Assembly: GCA_030390025.1 (NCBI GenBank)
Contig: CM059431.1
Location: 107,882,001-107,946,000 of the forward strand
DNA from: Squalus acanthias
Taxonomy: Eukaryota
Direction of reading: 5' to 3'
Length of the DNA: 64,000 nucleotides
Made by a program: the position numbers and the translations under genes. Below are positions 1 through 12,337 of the stretch, in pieces. The notes under the pieces are model-generated. The model searched no databases. It was not told where the DNA came from and was given only the letters and a program-made list of their open reading frames with translations. Every line of letters starts with the position of its first letter. Position 1 is the stretch's first letter.

Positions 1-1440
1 CCCCTCTCGCTGCCCCTCTCGCTGCTCCTCTCGCGCTCCTCTCGCGCTCCTCTTGCTGCCCCTCTCGCTGCTCCTCTCGCTGCCCCTCTCGCTGCTCCTC
101 TCGCTGCCCCTCTCGCTGCTCCTCTCGCTGCCCCTCTCGCGCTCCTCTCGCTGCCCCTCTCGCTGCCCCTCTCGCTGCCCCTCTCGCTGCCCCCTCTCGC
201 TGCCCCTCTCGCTGCCCCTCTCGCTGCCCCCTCGCTGCTCCTCTCGCTGCCCCCTCTCGCTGCCCCTCTCGCTGCCCCCTCGCTGCTCCTCTCGCTGCCC
301 CTCTCGCTGCCCCTCTCGCTGCCCCTCTCGCTGCCCCTCTCGCTGCCCCCTCTCGCTGCTCCTCTCGCTGCCCCTCTCGCCGCTCCTCTCGCTGCTCCTC
401 TCGCTGCCCCTCTCGCTGCTCCTCTCGCTGCCCCTCTCGCTGCCCCTCTCGCTGCCCCTCTCGCTGCCCCTCTCGCTGCCCCCTCGCTGCTCCTCTCGCT
501 GCCCCCTCTCGCTGCCCCTCTCGCTGCCCCCTCGCTGCTCCTCTCGCTGCCCCTCTCGCTGCCCCTCTCGCTGCCCCTCTCGCTGCCCCTCTCGCTGCCC
601 CCTCTCGCTGCTCCTCTCGCTGCCCCTCTCGCCGCTCCTCTCGCTGCTCCTCTCGCTGCCCCTCTCGCTGCTCCTCTCGCTGCCCCTCTCGCTGCTCCTC
701 TCGCTGCTCCTCTCGCTGCCCCTCTCGCTGCTCCTCTCGCTGCTCCTCTCGCTGCCCCTCTCGCTGCTCCTCTCGCTGCCCCTCTCGCTGCTCCTCTCGC
801 TGCTCCTCTCGCTGCCCCTCTCGCTGCTCCTCTCGCTGCTCCTCTCGCGCTCCTCTCGCTGCCCCTCTCGCTGCTCCTCTCGCTGCTCCTCTCGCTGCCC
901 CTCTCGCTGCTCCTCTCGCTGCCCCTCTCGCTGCCCCTCTCGCTGCCCCCTCTCGCTGCCCCTCTCGCTGCCCCCTCGCTGCTCCTCTCGCTGCCCCTCT
1001 CGCTGCCCCTCTCGCTGCTCCTCTCGCTGCCCCTCTCGCTGCCCCCTCTCGCTGCCCCTCTCGCTGCCCCTCTCGCTGCTCCTCTCGCTGCCCCTCTCGC
1101 TGCCCCTCTCGCTGCTCCTCTCGCTGCCCCTCTCGCCGCCCCTCTCGCCGCCCCTCTCGCCGCTCCTCTCGCCACTGCTCTCACTGCCCCTCTCGCTGCC
1201 CCTCTCGCTGCTCCTCTCGCTGCCCCTCTCGCTGCCCCTCTCGCTGCTCCTCTCGCTGCCCCTCTCGCTGCCCCTCTCGCTGCCCCTCTCGCTGCCCCCT
1301 CTCGCTGCCCCTCTCGCTGCTCCTCTCGCTGCTCCTCTCGCTGCTCCTCTCGCTGCTCCTCTTGCCACTGCTCTCACGCTCATTATAGCGCCGCTGATCC
1401 TGCTCCACTCACTGTTCCTCTCGCCACTGCTCTCGCGCTC
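1..1440. repeat. GC-rich 12-bp minisatellite (CTCTCGCTGCCC / CTCTCGCTGCTC), runs off the window start
   Basis: Direct tandem array; degenerates near 1360-1440 into an L2-type tail. Confidence 0.97.
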
Positions 1441-1752
1441 TCCACCTCTCTCTCCTCCTTTAAGACGCTCCTTAAAACCTACCTCTTTGACCAATCTTTT
1501 AGTCACCTGTCTTAATTGGCCCAGAAATTCAGGTCGGAGGCTTCCCGCGGGTGCAAGCCCCCGACCTGCACTTACATAGCGTGCCTGCCGTTGTGCTGTG
1601 GGCCCGCGTGGGATTCCGATCCTGGGCCTCCTCCAGCTGCCGGTGTGCAGTGCTCGCATATCCCAGCGGCGCAGTTAGTTCGAAGCGTCCCCTGTGATCA
1701 CGTGGGCCATGGGGAGCCAATCGGAGCAGGGAATCGCCATTCATAGATTTGA

Positions 1753-1850
1753 CAAAAGTGAGAAGTCGCACAACACCAGGTTATAGTCCAACAGTTTTAT
1801 TTGAAATCACAAGCTTTCGGAGCGGCTGCTCCTTCGTCAGGTGAAGTGAA
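1753..1850 (-). mobile_element. Penelope-like element terminal fragment inserted in the MITE
   Basis: Minus strand reads CACCTGACGAAGGAGCAGCCGCTCCGAAAGCTTGTGATTTCAAATAAAACTGTTGGACTATAACCTGGTG; absent from the sister MITEs. Confidence 0.75.
1808..1843 (-). ncRNA. Minimal type-I hammerhead ribozyme motif
   Basis: CAC-CUGACGA-A-GGAGC/GCUCC stem II-GAAA-GCUU-GUG; intact core, palindromic AAGCUU at stem III, CAC/GUG stem I. Confidence 0.65.
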
Positions 1851-2800
1851 GAAATATTGGTAAAGTAAAATAATAAACCTGTGGAAAAAATGTTTTAATT
1901 TTACTTAATTCACCACTTACCTTGTTAAAAGCAGGCCTTGCGCCTGCTTTTTCCCCCGCGCAGCTGCTAGGGACTTACCCGCACGGAGAAACCTGTAAAA
2001 AAAGCTGAAGTTCCAGGTCTACGCGCTGCCTCTCCGGTGCACGCGTTTGACCTGTGAACCCCTTCCTTCAAGGGAACGGAAGTTCTGGTTTCCAGTACAT
2101 GCGCAGTGCATGCGCGAAACCGGCACTTTCGTTGGGCCTACGGGTGAGTACACAGCACGTACTCCACCCATGGAGACCCGAATTTCTGGCCCATTATGTG
2201 GCTCGGTGTCAAATTTTGTTTCGGTATCGTTCCTGTGAAGCAGCTATATAAATGCAAGATGTTGCTGTTATTGTTGTAGTGGACATGTCACAACACAAAT
2301 CTGCACAAAATCCACACGTTACTAACCTTTGCTTTTAATTTCCACAGTTCATGGAGTGAACAACTGTGCAAAGCACGCTGTTTGTGGCCCCGCCCCATAA
2401 GAAATTGCCCCCCCCCCATCAGAAAGTGGAGGTGGCTACAATAAAATGCCTAGCCACAAATGGGACGTATATCTCACAATTTGGAGCCTTGGCAACTAAG
2501 GCCACAAGAGGCACTTGTGCAATCCCAACAACCAGCCTCGCTAAAGGACTGAGAGGATTTAAACTTTGAAACACAAGAGTGGTCAATTGCTTTTGGAAGC
2601 AATGGCAGCAGCAATAATTGCTTTTATAGATCTTGGTCTGGCAACGCAGACGGACTTACATTGAAGTGGGGCTTCACAGCTGATTCACTGCCCCCCAGCT
2701 GAGGTAGGTGCCCACCTGCAATATGCAAAAAGCTCTGATCCTTGGATCTGGATGGGCTCAGGAGAAATTCTGTGCCACTCTAAATTGTAGACACATTGTG

Positions 2801-3620
2801 GGGGAATTTTAATCCCCCAAAACAGGTGGGTTTGGCTCGGGTCAAATGTTAAAATGTAAAAAATCTCAAACCCAAACCACCTCAAAACCACCCACTTTTG
2901 GTTTCAATGGAGGCGGGACAGGGGGGGGCGGTCAACCAACCTGCTTCCAGGAGGTGGGCCGCTCATTTAAATAATTTTATAATTTTCTTTCTTAATGAGG
3001 CTGCGTGCCTCACATTTTTGCTCCATTTTAAATTTAACTCTGGCCGGCCGGGTTTCCTGGGCCTGGGGAAATCCAGCAGCAAAAGGGAGGCAAGGACTGC
3101 TGGATCCAACAGGTAAGTGCCTTTACAGCACTGCTTGTGGGCCAGGAGGAGCAGGGGTGCTTCCCCCCGGCCCCCCAAGCTAACCTTCCACGATCGGCTG
3201 TTCCCTGCCTCGCAATCCGATCTCACCCCTGAGCCACGATGTCCACCTGAGCCATGATCTCCCTCCGACTCGGCCTTTCTGATCTCCACACCACCGCCCC
3301 ACCCTTCCCCACTCCGCTCTGCTCCGTTCTTTCCGATCCCTCCCTCTTCTGTGCTCCACGATACCGACATCCGATCTCCTCCATTCCAGCCTCCGATCTC
3401 CCCCACCTCTGGCCTCCGATCTTCCCTACCAGTCTCTGATCTCCCCAACACCGGCTTCTGATCTCCCTCTCTGGTCTCCGATCTCCCCAATCTAGCCTCC
3501 AATCTCCTCCCCTACCTTCCAGCCTCCGACCTCCCCCGACATCCCCCCACCCCCCCCACCCCCCTCCGGCCTCCAATCTCCTCTGTGGCCTCCGATCTCC
3601 CCCCTCCCGCTTCCAATGAC
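2801..3620 (+). mobile_element. Truncated MITE-like DNA element with internal CCGATCT low-complexity repeats
   Basis: GGGGAATTTTAATCCCC left end, CAGGTAAGT at ~3110, CCGATCT repeats 3200-3610; no right TIR seen. Confidence 0.5.
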
Positions 3621-4689
3621 CACAAGAAATGTCCAGATTGTTCACTTTTTATCTTATTCTGTCCCCCTCTCCCCATTATGACTTACAGCCATGCAAAATG
3701 AAAGGATCCTCACAAAAATGCCTGGACAAGAATTCTTACCTTGGTTGTCGTACTACTGATATTTATGGCCCTGTAGAATAACCAGTTTTGGAGCTAATGG
3801 GCCGAGTTGACCTTTTTTTCATTATAATTGCTTGATATTTGCTAGCCTGCGGTATTTCTGCCAATAATGGCATCACTGTAACAAACGTATCACAAGAGAT
3901 TGGTTGAAATGAAATTGAATGAATTTGGGTTGTGAATCAAATGTACTTGACACAAAATTCCATGGAGTAAGGGAAGTGTACGATCAGGAAGGAAGAGTCA
4001 AGTGGCAGAAGAATGATCAGAAAGAGATAGAGAGAGGTTCCTGGAGTTCAGAAAAATGTGAGGACACCATTAGCCACCGATAGGCAAACAATTCAGCGTA
4101 TTGTGTTTCTGTAAGAACTAAGTTCTTGACACCAGAAGTAAGGTTAGTTCTATCGAAAGAACAGACATAGGCGGGGTGGGGGGGAGAATTATGATAGCAG
4201 AATTATCACACCCATGTCAAGGAAACGAGCCCAAGCACCTCAGAGGGAGATGAGACAACCATCCCTGCTGTACTGACTTAGAAGACAAGATTGTATAATC
4301 TCCTGAATCTTTGCTCAAGATATGAGTTTACCAGCAACAAGCTGAACAAACTCAACTCTTATTATATCATAGGGTTGTTATTTAAGCCCGTTAATGTGCC
4401 AGCCATACACAAATTCTAATCTAAACTCTCCTTGCTGACATTTTGTCAATATTGACGCTGAGTATGATGTCAACTTTAATAATTGGAACCAGCTGAGGTT
4501 GTGTTATGGTGATACACTTGAAATGCCTTTTTAACCTCAGATGATAATTCTTGCGTACCATTATTGTTTAGCATTAAGATACTACTAATTGTATTATCCT
4601 AAATGTGTTAATAAAGAAATGTTAGTTCTTGATTTCCATGGTCTGACTTCCTCTTTGGCCAGAGGAGACTAACATTCACTCAGTATCTT

Positions 4690-4975
4690 AGAAACATAGA
4701 AACTTAGAAAAAATAGGAGCAGGAGTAGGCCATTTGGCCCATCGAGCCTGCTCTGCCATTCAATATGATCATGGCTGATCCTCTATCTCAATACCATATT
4801 CCCACTCTCTCCCCATATCCCTTGATGCCTTTTGTGTCTAGAAATCTATCTAGCTCCTTCTTAAATATATTCAGTGACTTGGCCTCCACAGCCTTCTTTG
4901 GTAGAGAATTCCACAGGTTCACCACCCTCTGAGTGAAGAAATTTCTCCTCATCTCAGTCCTAAATGTCCTACCCC
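4690..4975 (-). mobile_element. CR1 LINE 3' fragment
   Basis: (AGAAACAT)n tail, GGAGCAGG...CCTGCTC hairpin; near-identical to 34060-34345. Confidence 0.92.
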
Positions 4976-5287
4976 GTTGGGCCTACGGGTGAGTACACAG
5001 TGCGTACTCCACCCGTGGAGACCTGAATTTCTGGCCCATTATCTCCTTACGTGGCTCGGTGTCAAATTTTGTTTCAGAATCGTTCCTGTGAAGCAGCTAT
5101 ATAAATGCAAGATGTTGCTGTTATTGTTGTAGTGGACATGTCACAACACAAATCTGCACAAAATCCACACGTTACTAACCTTTGCTTTTAATTCCCACAG
5201 TTCATGGAGTGAACAACTGTGCAAAGCACGCTGTTTGTAGCCCCGCCCCATAAGAAATTGCCCCCCCATCAGAAAGTGGAGGTGGCT
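4976..5287 (+). repeat. Direct duplicate of 2131-2437
   Basis: Near-identical sequence spanning the MITE end, the L2 tail and unique flank. Confidence 0.93.
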
Positions 5288-5404
5288 CCCCAGTGTTTTG
5301 GCCCCAGTTTTCCTGCAGCAGAATTTCCAACGTGTGAGAGAACACTGACCTCTTCCACTGTGACCGCTAGTCATGACATTTTACCTCGGAAAGTATCGTT
5401 GAGC

Positions 5405-7125
5405 TGTAGGGGGTGGTGTTTTTGTGTCAGCTTTACCTCTGACTTCTGAGCGGTTCGAATCGCTCCCACTCCCTTGGTTCTAGACCTTGGACTTATTTGG
5501 GGGTTGTGATACAAAAGGTGCAGCAGACAACTGAGTTTTATAAAAGAACTTCAATCTTTATTAAAAGGTAAGACACAAATAATAACACTCTTATCACTCT
5601 AAAGGTGGGGATTACTTCGGTACAAGCAAGGGAAATGACAGTAGAACAATACTTCACCCCTCCCAACCCCACTTTACTAGCTAAGTTAGGTTTTGAAGGA
5701 CCAGGGATAATGCTCACCAATCCTTTGACAGTTGGGCTAAATCGCGGTTTTGGGGTTCGCTGTTTATGGCGGTTAGTGTCTGCCGTACCCCGTACGCAGT
5801 AGAGGACTTCACCTGAGTCTCTGGTCAATCTTCGCGAGTCCGCTGATGCGGTAGGATGTTGTTATGGATCTATCTGGTGAGTACCCAATTTCTTTAGTTG
5901 AGCAGTAGGGCTTAGAGTCTTTGGGGAAAATCTTACCCAGGGGTAAGTCAGGAGTAGTTTGTAGTGTGGAAACTTTGCGATTCTTCGGGTTATCTTCCCT
6001 GGAGTTGGTCTTTGTTGGTCGCGGTGGCCTGCGATTACCCGGTCAGTTGGGGGTAATGCGCGGTTGTTGGTTTCGTGAGGCCTTTGGTTTCCGCGATGGC
6101 TTTAGGCCTTGGTTGGCGTGTCGGTCGACCTCATGGAGCCGTCGGTGACTTGTTTCTGCTTGTTGCTCCGGGTGACTGTGTTGGGGCCGTTGTTGGGGGT
6201 CCATCGAGGTGGTGTCTTCGCGAGCTGGACTCAGGTGTGTCTGAGTGGTGAGCGATGCCGACTCGCTTCCAGCTCGGGCCTTCTTCTTCTTGGTCTCTCC
6301 TCCTTCTGATGACCACCGGTTGCGACTGACTGCTCGACCCAACGAACGCTGAACTGTGTTGCTTCTTTCCTCTTCTAGCTAGCTCTTCTTCCTGCCTGGT
6401 GTGTGCTTGGAGGGCCTTCAATTATACAGAATTGAAGTGGCCTTATCTACCCGCCAGATCTGTTCAGTTTATTGTCTAGTTTTGGCGGGCTCGTAAATCG
6501 GTAACGATTTATTAGCACGTTAACTGGGTTTTAACAGGCCTTCAATCTGACTCATTGAATATGGCCTTATTTACCCGCCAAATCTGTTCAGTTCATTGTC
6601 TGAATTTGGCGGGCCTACTACCAGTAACTGCTCTAAGTGTCAAATGGGTTTTTGGGATGGTTTGCATCCTGTCGATCTTCTTGGCTGATTGCTGGTGATT
6701 GGTTTTGTGTTTTGGGTTCCTAGGCTGATCTATAGCCTAGTCCTGGGTGCTCTGTATTATGCATGTTTCTTGATGGGCCCTGTAATCGGTTTGATGGGAC
6801 CTATTGTTTTGGGTGGGACTGTCTTCTCCTAGGGTCTATTGTCAAAATGTTAATGCTTGTTGGGCCTTTGAGTGAGGTCATCCTGGTTCCCCAGACAATG
6901 CAATTAACTGCAATACCCAAAACTGCTTTTACAGAGGTCGAACCCAACTTCCTTCACAGCATTTTCTCCCTTTACAGGTCCAGACATGTTTTTAAAATGC
7001 CAAAACTTGGGTTTTGGTCTTATATTCCTTAGGTTAGGCCCAAATGCATTTTTATCACTCTGAAGTAGTTCCAAAGTCCTTTTTCCTTAGGTTTTGGGGA
7101 ATCAGTAAATTTTGGAAACCTTACA
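5405..7125 (-). mobile_element. Solo LTR of an endogenous retrovirus or LTR retrotransposon (1721 bp)
   Basis: TG...CA ends (TGTAGG / CCTTACA); 4-bp TSD GAGC at 5401-5404 and 7126-7129; minus-strand TATAA (6422-6426) and AATAAA (5557-5562). Confidence 0.85.
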
Positions 7126-7736
7126 GAGCCTAATAATGGCACAGATTTTGTGCGTGACAGCTATTTAGGTGGATAGTTGCTTGCACATGACCATTTCAGA
7201 TATTTTGTGGGAATTTCCACTGCTCAACAGATAATAGGACTTTCATGAGAATCTCTCGCATTAAATATTGCTGGTAGAACCTTGTTCACAGGCAGGTTGC
7301 TTTTCCAAGGTCTATATCATCTTCGACCCTTCATCCCAGATGCTGTGGACCTTGGACACAACATTCACTTCCTCTGCTTTTTCCTGCCATGCCTGGCAAA
7401 CTAAATGTGGCTTGAGGGTATCCCTCTAACTCAAAGTTAACATTTTTGTGTGGCTATCCCCTGTCAATTGGTGCCTGTAGCACATTGTTTTAAACAAGTG
7501 CTTGTCTCACCCTCTTTCTTCTTCCCATGCTTCTTCATTCACTAATACAGCACAACCTATACCTTCAAGCTGCTATCTATGTTGTTTAAGCAGTCTGTTA
7601 CTGGCAGTTCTGGTGATTAAACGTCTAACAACAGTTGTTTGCAATCGATTGTTTAAGTCTTGTAAGACATTTAAATTCCCCCGGCCCTTTAACCCGTCCA
7701 ACAGGTTCCTAAGTTCAGACCTGTGGAAAACACAAA

Positions 7737-8610
7737 GGCTGTGATTTTATCGGCACTGAGAGGGCGGGTTTGGAGGCGGGTCAAGGGTCAAAATCATTTT
7801 GATTGACGGCGGGTTTCGATCCCACCCTCAACCCACCTCCAAACAATTTTCCCAAGTGTCGGGTCCCCGATTTGCGCATGGACCCAACACCTAGCGGCGG
7901 GAAGAGGATTAAAGCCACTTACCTGCCTGTTAACAGGTACTTGATGGTTGTTAACAGGCTCTTTTTCAATTTTGCCGCTTCTGACTCGGGGTTCCCGAAA
8001 TCCGGACACCATGCCAGGTAAGTGTGGCGTGTTGTGAGTCTGCTGTTGTGTTTCTGCATTGATGACAGCTGCAGAAGTGGGGTGAAGGATCCAACGGTGC
8101 ACTGGTGAGTTTCAGAGGTAATTAAATGTTGGGAAAATCATTTTTAATGCATTTACTCTTTTCTGCAGGTTACAAGATTTGAAATCCATGTCTAGTCCCA
8201 CCTCATTGGGAAAACCTCTCACCAGTGACAGATCGCTTCTGTCACCTCACCTGCAGCTGCCATCTGTTCCAGCCTATGGAGGGAGTCACTGGAGAGCCTG
8301 GGTGCAAGAGCTCACCTTTGTACAGTGATTGTCAGTGTTTGCAGCACCTCAATGCTGTCAAACACTGAGAAATGAGCTGTCAAAGAAAAATTGTGCGTGG
8401 GCCCTTTAAGAAAACCGGCAGATGATGCGTCATCAAATTACATCATCTGACCGGCTTCCTCTTAATTGGCCAGCAAACCCGCAGGGCAGGCTTAACAAGG
8501 TCAATCAGCGTAAAATCACATCCGTGGGCTGGATGTAGTTGGGGGCGGGACTGGAAGCCGGAAACCACCTGACCCACTCCCAACCCACATCGATTTACAA
8601 AATCGCAGCC
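7737..8610. mobile_element. Non-autonomous TIR element (Harbinger-like MITE)
   Basis: Termini GGCTGTGATTTT / AAAATCGCAGCC; TSD not clean. Confidence 0.7.
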
Positions 8611-8952
8611 TTGGATTCCAGGGAAAAGCTATTCTTTTACTTAAAAATCAACAAGAGCTCACAAGCAATTTCACATACATATATTTGTTCATTCGCCTAT
8701 TACAGGTAAGCATGCGCGTTTCTTCATCCACTTTAAACTCAAGCGATTATAAGTAAAACACATACATACTAATACCCACGAGTGGTCGGTTCAGCGGTGA
8801 CTAGTGCCTCTGTAACTGGCAACTGACCAAGTTGCCCGACTTACTGCAGCAGCCCCAAGTGTCTTTTAGCAGCACTTTTTATACCCCAAAACTTGGCAAC
8901 CCGCCCACAGCATTCATGTCCCAAACTGTGTGAATAATGGTCAGTGGTTGTT

Positions 8953-8990
<38 letters not shown>

Positions 8991-9534
8991 TTATCTGTTT
9001 TGTCAGTGAGTCAGTGGGCCACAAGGCCGGTCACTTCATTGCCTAAGGATGTTCCTGTTTTTGCAATGACTCCACAGTTCAATAGCTTGTTTCTGCAGAA
9101 CTCTCAAGGTCTGTTTTACTTCTCTGTGAAGAACAGTTGGCAGCCTTCACAGCTTGCAACCGCAACAGTATTATTTTTGCATAAAGTTCTCACAGCAACC
9201 AGTCTCTTGGCCTCGCGAAGCATGCTGGTACATAAAATGTAGTCAACTTTTAAGTTCGGTCAAGTTACAGCAGAAGTTCCAGCAAATGGCTTATTCTTAC
9301 AGTTTGCATTCATTCAAATAAATGCAAGATCCAAGACAGGAACACGCATGAATTTGGATGATGTTGTCAGTGCAAAACTTCATGTCGACAAAGAATTAAA
9401 ATAATGCTTTGAACAAGATACACATGACAAAGATTTGGGGCCCTTGTGACCTCACATAAAAGTGGAGGCATTTCAATCTGGGTGGTGATTTTGATTGATT
9501 GTTCCCAGTGTAAAACCTGTAGTCTGTTTATTGA

Positions 9535-9841
9535 TGCATTCCTAGACAGTTTCCTAGAAGTAAAGGGAATTAAGGGTTACGGGGAGCGGGCAGGAATTTG
9601 GACATGCGTCTAGGTTCGGATCGGTCATGGCCCTATGGGTAGCATAGCGGGCCCAGGGGCCGTGTAGCCTGATCCTGCTCCTATTTCGTGTGTCCAATTC
9701 TGTTAGGTTCAGGAGATGGTTCTGTGATAGTAGATTGGCGGTTAGGATCAGATCAGCCATGATCTTATTGAATGGCGGAGCAGGCTCAAGGGGCCAATTG
9801 GCCTACTCCTGCTCCTATTTCTTATGTTCTTATGTTCTTAT
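9535..9841 (+). mobile_element. CR1 3' fragment of the subfamily with a duplicated 3' terminus
   Basis: Near-identical to the reverse complement of 20405-20705; (TTCTTATG)n tail. Confidence 0.92.
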
Positions 9842-10781
9842 TGTAAGTGAACTAAACCTGTTTGTTGGTTTGAAGCCTTATCTTTATAGCCTGCTTTCCC
9901 AGTCTGTTTCCTGTATAATAAAAAGCGTACATGAGATAGAGCATGTGACACTTCGATGCCAGTATATGGAGCAAGACTTCTCTGTTATGATCCCTAGGTC
10001 GTGCTATTGCCCAACAATAGGTGCACTCCGAATTGTAGGGATCAGAAGTTCTGTTTATGGGAGACACTATCCCTGAGAGATTCCCTCGCACAAATGTTTT
10101 TTAAAAATTAGTACAACTCATGAACAAACACAGAAGAGGAGAACTTGAAGAAAGACACAGCGATAAAGGTGCAATTAATGAACCTGAACTAATTTTTGTT
10201 TTTCTTGCTTTTTAAAGCTAATTAACATGTATCTCTCTTATTGATAGAAGCTTTTCAGTACACCCTCTATAAAGACAAGAACACACATGGTGGCATATGC
10301 GATAATACAGTAGCAGATATAGGCAGAAAGGGTTCCATGTTACAAATCCCAGATCATGCTCTCATTTAACTAGAAAGTGGTGCACTCCAGATTGTAAGGG
10401 ATGTGAGGTCTACTTAAAGGAATGACTAGTTAATGTACAAACCAAGAAAATATCTAATGTAAAAACTGATCATTTGTGACAGTAATGCATACCTGAACTT
10501 CGAGAAATTGCATCCATGTCAAAATGATGCCTTCGGAACTTCATTTAAATATTAAAATTAAGTTCCCATCTATTTTGGGAGGGGGTGATTGCTTCATCTA
10601 GCAAAATCCCCACCAGAAATCCATGTGATGCATAAAAAGGGCTGTGATCTGGAACGGCTGATCCTCACCCCATTTTCCAAGTGGTGACTCCCACTTTGCA
10701 CCAGAAAATTGGGCGCAAATAATTCAAAAATCTACCCTAGAATCTCATCAACTGGATAGGAATGGTTGCCACTGAGATAAG

Positions 10782-11448
10782 GGGGGAGAAATTCAATGCA
10801 CGGCTGCCCATTTGGCACCTGAGGACAATGGACGGCCAGCAGTTGAGAATTCGAGTGGCACCCCACGGTGGTCCCTATGATGCCCAAGGCCCACCTGATG
10901 CAATATTCAGGCAGGCCTGCCGATGGACGAGCAGCCCGCCACCTGAAACAGGCCCAAGGTTGCTTAAATATGCAAACTGGCATCCTTCGCAGATTGTGGG
11001 CCTCCAACTGCCAGATTTAGCTACAAATGGGTGGAGCGTGCATCCAGACGTTGAGTGGGCTAACTAGTTGTTCTTGAAGGGAGACTGCTAAAAAAGGGAA
11101 TTCTGAAGTTTTTTTTTTAGTGAGCCCCGGAGACGCAGGAGTGCTTTTCTTGGGTCCACAGATAAACTCCGGCCCATCGCTGTCCCGTTTGAGGATCATC
11201 CCTACCCCCACCCGCAACCCCCCACGAGATTGCCTTGCCTCCCACAAGACCCAACCTGCTAGCGGGCTCAAGGTGAGAGCCGGACTATTCCCGGCCCTCC
11301 CACAGGAGGTGCCTGCAGCACATCAGCAGCACGTTAATGAGGCCTGAACTCGAATTTGGTTGGGGGCACACACTGGCTTGAACCGCCGGGCAGAGCAACC
11401 GATCCACTGACTTTTTGGCCATTATGGGTGGAATTGAATTTCTCTGTC
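10782..11448. mobile_element. Degraded MITE (Harbinger-like)
   Basis: Termini GGGGGAGAAATTCAAT / ATTGAATTTCTCTGTC; GC-rich interior. Confidence 0.6.
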
Positions 11449-12009
11449 AATACCCCAATAAACATAGAGGAGGAGTAATGATTAATCTTGCAGTCTTCTC
11501 AGATTCCAAAGCATAATTTGTTTTGCTCAAGTTCAAATGAATGACACAGTTGACTCAAGGGAATATATATATGGCCTTAATAATGATAGATCTTTATTCT
11601 GTGGCACTTAATGTCTTTTAAACTATGAGAAATGTTCCAATGATCTTAGGGGGATCTTTAATCAGGTCCAGGACCATGTCTGTGATAAATCATCTTGCAA
11701 GAGAACAGTGAACAAGGGAACTCAACAAATTAAAGATTTATTTATGGAAGGTATATTTAGCATCTCTAACAGTGGTCTCATCTGTATGGGCATTTGGACT
11801 TTTACTCAATTGCTGATTGGAATACCAATACGAGGAAGATATTTCTATGGGGTGCTTTCTACATTCATTGAAACTATGACAATGGCCAGTGACAGTCAAC
11901 AAGATTCTCAGAAAATGAATAATCACGTATATTTTCTCCAAGAATCTTGAAAAAACCTCCATCAATTACTAACTGCAGGATTGGGATGTCTGGGTGCAAG
12001 GACACAAAA

Positions 12010-12337
12010 CAGGAAAAAGTGGGGAGAGGGAAAGAACAAAAGGGAAAGGTCTGTGCTAGGGCGGAGGATCAAACACAAGAATGCAAGTAGATAGCAATGA
12101 AGCTGATCGGCCTCCACCCTATCACAGGCCTCCACCCTATCACAGGCCTTTTACTTTTGTCCTTTCCCTGCCCGCCCGGTCCTATTCCTGGCTCTGCATT
12201 TGCTTAAAAGCTGTTCATCTCTAACATCTTCCAGTTCTGACAAAAGGTCATCGATCTGAAACGTCGACTCTGTGTCTCTCTCCACAGATGCTCCTGGACC
12301 TGCTGAGCGTTTTCCAGCATTTTATGTTTTTATTTCA
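12010..12337 (+). mobile_element. Penelope-like terminal fragments (short inverted piece plus direct piece)
   Basis: TTCTGACAAAAGGTCATCGATCTGAAACG...CCACAGATGCT...TTCCAGCATTTT; similar to 48150-48345. Confidence 0.65.

Larger units (their letters stand above)
1518..2192 (-). mobile_element. Harbinger-type MITE, GGCCCAGAAATTC-TIR family (orientation opposite to the copies at 44033 and 53436)
   Basis: Termini GGCCCAGAAATTC / GAATTTCTGGCCC; 3-bp TSD ATT at 1515-1517 and 2193-2195. Confidence 0.88.
1441..2272 (+). mobile_element. L2-type LINE/SINE 3' tail fragment, split by the MITE at 1518-2192
   Basis: CTCCTTTAAGACGCTCCTTAAAACCTACCTCTTTGACC...GTGGCTCGGTGTCAAATTTTG...TATATAAATGCAAG; matches the uninterrupted copy at 12745-13092. 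Confidence 0.8.

Noticed and set aside
53..1579. 508-aa Leu/Ser/Pro ORF
   Set aside because: Translation of a stop-free 12-bp minisatellite
3741..3771. 31-nt minus-strand micro-exon (CTACAG...AAG|GTAAGA)
   Set aside because: Too short to distinguish from chance splice motifs; weak polypyrimidine tract
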